Origin: Neoechinorhynchus agilis
Lineage: Eukaryota > Animalia > Acanthocephala
Direction of reading: 5' to 3'
Assembly (NCBI GenBank): GCA_051530055.1
Contig: CM121341.1
Span: forward strand, 5,186,784 to 5,250,783
DNA length: 64,000 nt
Part shown: positions 59,293 through 64,000 of the stretch, in pieces
Layout of the letters: every line of letters begins with the position of its first letter
Position numbering within the stretch: the first letter of the stretch is position 1
Notes under the pieces: model-generated
Database searches by the model: none
What the model was told of the DNA's origin: nothing
Seen by the model: only the letters and a program-made list of their open reading frames with translations
Translations under genes and position numbers: made by a program

Positions 59293-60268
59293 TCGTGATT
59301 AATCTCTCGACGGCGAGCGATCTTCTCTTATATACGAAAAAGTACAACGGAAGAATCGCTCTTTGGTCCTTCATAATGATGTTTTAAGTGACGTAGCTTT
59401 AGTTGTTTTTTTGATCGGTCACAGAATCAGGGCAATGGATTATAAAGATGTTTCGTCGTTCCTATTGGAAATATTTGTTTCTCACGCCTCATAATTATGT
59501 TTTGTTTTCAAAAGTGGGATAAATAAATCTTTGTTTCCGAAATTTTTTTACCATCTTACGGAGGATAAAGTGCGAATAAAACACTTAAGGAATTCCCGCG
59601 GAAAAAACTAATTGCATTATTGTCTTTGATGCGGAAAGATACATTCTTTTTCTTAGTTTCACCACCAATCGGATTTAAATTCACTGATTTATTTGCGATA
59701 TTTTAGGTTACGTCGTAAAACTTACAAACAATGACAAACCTTGAGGAAATGTCGTAATTATTCGATGTGAAATACCGGGGAAATAAATCAGTGAATTTTT
59801 GAATCCGAGGGGTGGGAGAACAAAGAAAATTTTCTTTACCATTAAAACAGCCCTCCCCCGATTGCCCATTTTCGAAAACAATACTCGAATATTATCAGTA
59901 GTTGCCAAATTGCCTAACAAAAACACATCTTTTTCTTGCTTAGCGTCTCCAAAGAACGTTTCACGAGTTTTAGTAATTTTGTTCGCAAAAAATATTCTTA
60001 ACTTTTCAGGTTTATTTTAATCTTATCACTATTTTTTAAAGGCATCCAATGAGTAGGAAGCAATTTAATCTATGTTTTGCAATTTTGGTAATTCTTAAAA
60101 AAATGGAGCATTTAACGGGTTTGTCGCTCTTTTTTAAAATTCATTTGCGAGCATCGACGTCCAGCACTCGAGAAATTCTTTAATTTAAGCCACGAGAAAG
60201 GCATAGGGAAAAAACCGAAAACTCAATCTCTCCCATCATTCATAGGTCTTAAATAATTATTATTAAAA

Positions 60269-60385
60269 CTAGACGATTAGTTGTCCTGGGCGGAACACGA
60301 GTCTTAGCCGCGGTTCTTTCATTTGGATGAATGCTTGAGTTTCCAAAACGAGCAACAGAAGTGTAGAAACAGCTACGAATCGCAT
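60269..60385 (-). CDS. Small ORF (38 aa) with a signal-peptide-like N-terminus
   Basis: MRFVAVSTLLLLVLETQA-FIQMKEPRLRLVFRPGQLIV*; below the ORF-track cutoff. Confidence 0.3.
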   Translation of the reverse strand: MRFVAVSTLLLLVLETQAFIQMKEPRLRLVFRPGQLIV

Positions 60386-60872
60386 AGCGTCAGTTGGAGA
60401 TGTCGTTCACTTATGAACTCTTAAGGTTGTATTTGTAGTTATTAACCATGAACCAGCTGTCCATGTCTTTCTATGATTTATTTAAATGAACTTCAGGGGC
60501 AATAATCCACAACATTTGAATTTTGCCGACGGTGATTGGCTGCTAAAGCATCTTTTGTTTCATCGCTAAGAATACGCGTTAAATTCTTTGTGGTTATGTC
60601 AAAAATTTGAGAACGAATTATTCGATTTGATAATTTTGGATATTTTGTGTTGATTTGAACGTAGTTTATTCCCACCCGAAGGGAAATACGAAAAAACCGG
60701 AATATCTGTGTGTTTATGAGGACCCAAAGGTACATGGGTCTCATATTTTAAACACAAAAATTAATATAATGTGTTATTATTTATAACCTCCCCCCCCGTT
60801 TCAGAGAGAAAATAGCTTTTAGCGTTTTATTTTTTCAGCACATACAACAATTAAACCATTTTTCAATGTTTC

Positions 60873-62888
60873 TCATCGCCTTTTGATTACAATCTTTCCC
60901 TCCTCATCGTTGTCGCTCAAAAGCGAAATCCAATCGTCTTCGTCGGTAGCGTTTTCAATATTCGCCGTTTCTTGCTCCGTAGAGTCCGTTATTGGTGACG
61001 AATCCTTTTTAATATTTTCCCCATCTTCAAGTTCGAGAGTTGCGGGGCTTTCTCGAATCGTCGAGGTTTCCTTTATTGGCGACGAATCCTCATTGATATT
61101 TTCCCCATCTTCAAGTCCGAGAGTTGCGGGGGTTTCTCGATTCGTCGAAGTTTTTGTTTCCTTTATTGGTGAAGAATCCTTGTTAATATTTTCCCCATCT
61201 TCAAGTTCGAGAGTTGCGGGGCTTTCTGGATTCGTTGAAGTTTCCTTTATGGGTGACGAATCCTTTTTAATATTTTCCCCATCTTCAAGTCCGAGAATTG
61301 CGGGGCTTTCTGGATTCGTTGAAGTTTCCTTTATGGGTGACGAATCCTTTTTAATATTTTCCCCATCTTCAAGTCCGAGAATTGCTGGGCTTTCTGGATT
61401 CGTTGAAGTTTCCTTTATGGGTGACGAATCCTTTTTAATATTTTCCCCATCTTCAAGTCCGAGAGTTGCAGGGCTTTCTCGATTCATTGAAGTTTCTTTT
61501 GTTGGTGACGAATCCTTTTTAATATTTTCCCCATCTTCAAGTCCGAGAGTTGCGGGGCTTTCTCGAATCGTCGAGGTTTCCTTTATTGGCGACGAATCCT
61601 CATTGATATTTTCCCCATCTTCAAGTTCGAGAGTTGCGGGGCTTTCGGGATTCGTTGAAGTTTCCTTTATTGGTGACGAATCTTTTTTAATATTTTCCCC
61701 ATCTTCAAGTCCGAAAGTTGCGAGGCTTTCTGGATTCGTAGAAGTTTTTGTTTCCTTTATTGGTGAGGAAACCTCATTGATATTTTGCTCATATTCGGGT
61801 CGAAGCGATGCGGGGATTTCTCGATTCGTCAAAGTTTCCGTTTCCGTTGTTATTGACGACTCCACGTTGATATTTTTCCGATTATCAAGTGGAACATTGT
61901 CCGCAGTCATTAGGCGATGGCAACAACGGCATACTTTAAACGGAGTGCGATTGACTTGTGGCTTTGGTGGTGCCTTCCCCTTCCTAATTATTGGACGGTC
62001 ACATGATTTACATCGAAGTGATTTTAGTTTGCATTGATCACTTGGGTTAAGCTCGCGTTGTTTATTGTCGACACTGCGAGAATTATTTTTCAAATTCATG
62101 TTAATTTCGTCCTTTCTTTTTGTGATCGGCCGATTGCAGCATTTGCACCTTTTTTGATTAATGGTTTTATTGCTGCTCTGATTGGAACGTTCTGTATTCA
62201 GATTCTGAATTTCATTTTGAGCGGCCGACTGTGTTTGAAGATCGGAGGGAGAATTAACCTGCAACGATTGAAGTCGTTCCGTAACATAATTCAGATTTAT
62301 ATCCAGAATATTTTCCGGGTTTCGCGGCACCGTAGCTTCGAGGATGTCTCTTGTATCAGGTCGATGGTCGACATTGCGGATTTCACTATTGAATACCGCA
62401 TTTTGTTCCGCGTTGGCGTCAAGGCGACGACTGTTTATGAATCTGAGCGGAGGAAAAATTATTCGCTCGGTCGTATTAAGTTGATTATTGAGGCTCCTCC
62501 TATTTTCATGTCCATAATTTGGATTATTTGAATGATGAAAATCTTGGAAGGAAGCTCTGGATCTCGTAAATGGACTCCTTGGCTCAAAGCTGGGACGGAA
62601 GCGAGATAAATGCACAGTTTCGGCTCCTGCCATTGAAACCGAATTATTCGCTCGATTTTGTCCTCGAAATACACTATTCCGTTCAGGACTTCTTAGCGAA
62701 TTGTAATTGCGTGTTGCCCCATCCGTAGTAAATTGTTGATTTCTTCGCACCGAATTACCGGTTGGAGGATAATCATCTCTCCGCGCTACTGTTCGCCGAG
62801 TCCATGGACCGTCTCGATTTTGTACTCGTGGAGTGTAATATTCATTACGATCCCCGTTGTAGCGAACGTTTCGTCTTCTGTCTGTCAT
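60873..62888 (-). CDS. 671-aa largely disordered orphan protein: Arg/Asn-rich N-terminus, three CxxCxR motifs, nine 28-30-aa repeats, acidic SIM-like C-terminus
   Basis: Long open frame; ATG (MTDRRR) preceded by ttctttag-aa. Repeat indels are all multiples of 3. Confidence 0.8.
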   Translation of the reverse strand: MTDRRRNVRYNGDRNEYYTPRVQNRDGPWTRRTVARRDDYPPTGNSVRRNQQFTTDGATRNYNSLRSPERNSVFRGQNRANNSVSMAGAETVHLSRFRPSFEPRSPFTRSRASFQDFHHSNNPNYGHENRRSLNNQLNTTERIIFPPLRFINSRRLDANAEQNAVFNSEIRNVDHRPDTRDILEATVPRNPENILDINLNYVTERLQSLQVNSPSDLQTQSAAQNEIQNLNTERSNQSSNKTINQKRCKCCNRPITKRKDEINMNLKNNSRSVDNKQRELNPSDQCKLKSLRCKSCDRPIIRKGKAPPKPQVNRTPFKVCRCCHRLMTADNVPLDNRKNINVESSITTETETLTNREIPASLRPEYEQNINEVSSPIKETKTSTNPESLATFGLEDGENIKKDSSPIKETSTNPESPATLELEDGENINEDSSPIKETSTIRESPATLGLEDGENIKKDSSPTKETSMNRESPATLGLEDGENIKKDSSPIKETSTNPESPAILGLEDGENIKKDSSPIKETSTNPESPAILGLEDGENIKKDSSPIKETSTNPESPATLELEDGENINKDSSPIKETKTSTNRETPATLGLEDGENINEDSSPIKETSTIRESPATLELEDGENIKKDSSPITDSTEQETANIENATDEDDWISLLSDNDEEGKIVIKRR
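61000..61785 (-). repeat. 84/90-bp coding tandem repeat (SSPIKETSTNPESPATLGLEDGENIKKD)
   Basis: Nine full units plus a partial tenth (SSPITD). Confidence 0.95.
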
Positions 62889-63694
62889 TTCTAAAGAACG
62901 AAAAAAAGTTAAAATTAAGAAATTCTTAATGCTGGCTAATTTTTTCAGAATTGCTCGAACCCTAATTAGTGCAGATACGCACCACCAATTAATCAAATTA
63001 TTCTTAATTAAGGCCAAGTAAATAAATATCCTTGCTTTTTCTACTAAGAAGCCATCATTTTTAATTGATTTTACGCGTTAACGCCCATGTTTTTGTTGCT
63101 ACTTCCGGAAACAATTTTCCGGTTGCGTGAGAAAATAAAGCGAAGTAGATTAATCCTGGTCTCAAGAATTAAAAGTTTAAGGAGACGTAGCAACAATTTG
63201 CTATAACTATTTTAAACATGAAAACGATAAAGACGCTCCTGATAAAAATACAAAAGTTACTAGAGATTTTTGGGCATTTTAATAGTTCCCTTCAAAATTA
63301 AGCATTTTCGGAGGACGATCACTTTGGTGATGCCCCTAAACTGATATCAGCACATAGTTTACTTATAACATTGAAGGAAAACTCATAGTTTTGTCCTTGT
63401 TCAATCAATTCATTTCTGCTAAAAATTGAAGGTTTTATACTTACTTTTTAAAGTAGTTTCAAGATGGACTGAAGTAGCTTTTAAATTTAGAAGTTTGTAT
63501 TAAAGTCGAAGTAGACAGATTCAAAGTTGCTCGTCTTTAGGTTTCGATCGTCTGATGTAGAATACTAATCGTTTGCCTGGAGAATCAATAAGTTATCTGT
63601 CAAGCGTTGAAATCGATGTTAGCTACTTGTTGCCTTTACAATAAGCTAGAAACCGAATCTACGCTTTGGTGCATTTACAGCGTTACTATTGAAT

Positions 63695-63770
63695 GCAGCC
63701 AATCAGCATGGAAGCCTTAATTAAATTTATGATTCTAACCAATGAGCGAGCATGCGCTTCAACTATAAAG
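63695..63770 (+). promoter_or_regulatory. Candidate Pol II promoter: two CCAAT boxes and a TATA-like element
   Basis: gcagCCAATcagc (~63699), ctaaCCAATgagc (~63739), acTATAAAg (~63764); no downstream gene recognised within the window. Confidence 0.3.
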
Positions 63771-64000
63771 ACCTTACTTTTATGTTGCCGACCTGAATCC
63801 GACGAGGTTCGAAACGTCTTTAATAAATACTCATTTACCGGGTGTGGACCCAAACAATAATTCTAACAAAAGGAAATCTTTAAATGATAAGGACAGCGCA
63901 TGATCAAAGCCATTTTTAAGTATTTTAATTAAACAGTGAAATTTTTAAGCATGCGACGAAGTCTAAAAAGTAACAAGTGATTTAAATCTAAAAGCATCAA

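Noticed and set aside
60883-62674. Plus-strand ORFs 60883-62037, 62034-62531 and 62459-62674
   Set aside because: Antisense shadows of the 671-aa minus-strand gene.
63090-63200. 10-bp inverted repeat ttgttgctac / gtagcaacaa as a MITE
   Set aside because: Short, no target-site duplication and no second copy in the window.

Overview
Eukaryotic DNA from a very compact, AT-rich genome, probably an invertebrate animal. Introns are mostly about 40-55 nt and genes are tightly packed; the species cannot be fixed from sequence alone. Left part: end of a 176/189-bp satellite, then TDP1 (with an N-terminal PBZ finger), a claudin-like gene, MTO1 and two furin-like convertase paralogs. The paralogs come from a ~2.1-kb duplication and are separated by a nest of decayed non-LTR retrotransposons (RTE-like, CRE-like); copy 2 has lost the catalytic Ser. 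These are followed by a 7TM receptor gene split by an insertion, CNOT9/RCD1 and a LEM-domain membrane protein. Penelope-like relics with minimal hammerhead ribozyme motifs are scattered in intergenic DNA. From ~29.6 to 58.5 kb lies an amplicon made of a ~16.7-kb imperfect palindrome plus 3.0-kb and 7.1-kb direct repeats. It carries five copies of dynactin p25 (DCTN5), each head-to-head (47 bp) with an unknown disordered basic/acidic protein. That protein has a LANA-like (G)LRLRSGR motif and SIM-like motifs and occurs in full-length, N-only and C-only forms. All five DCTN5 copies have a hairpin-filled first intron whose best-aligned splicing creates a TAA at codon 23. The window ends with SNU13 and a 671-aa protein with three CxxCxR motifs and ten S-S-P-(I/T) repeats. 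The amplicon is the best candidate for an undescribed system; its function is inference only.
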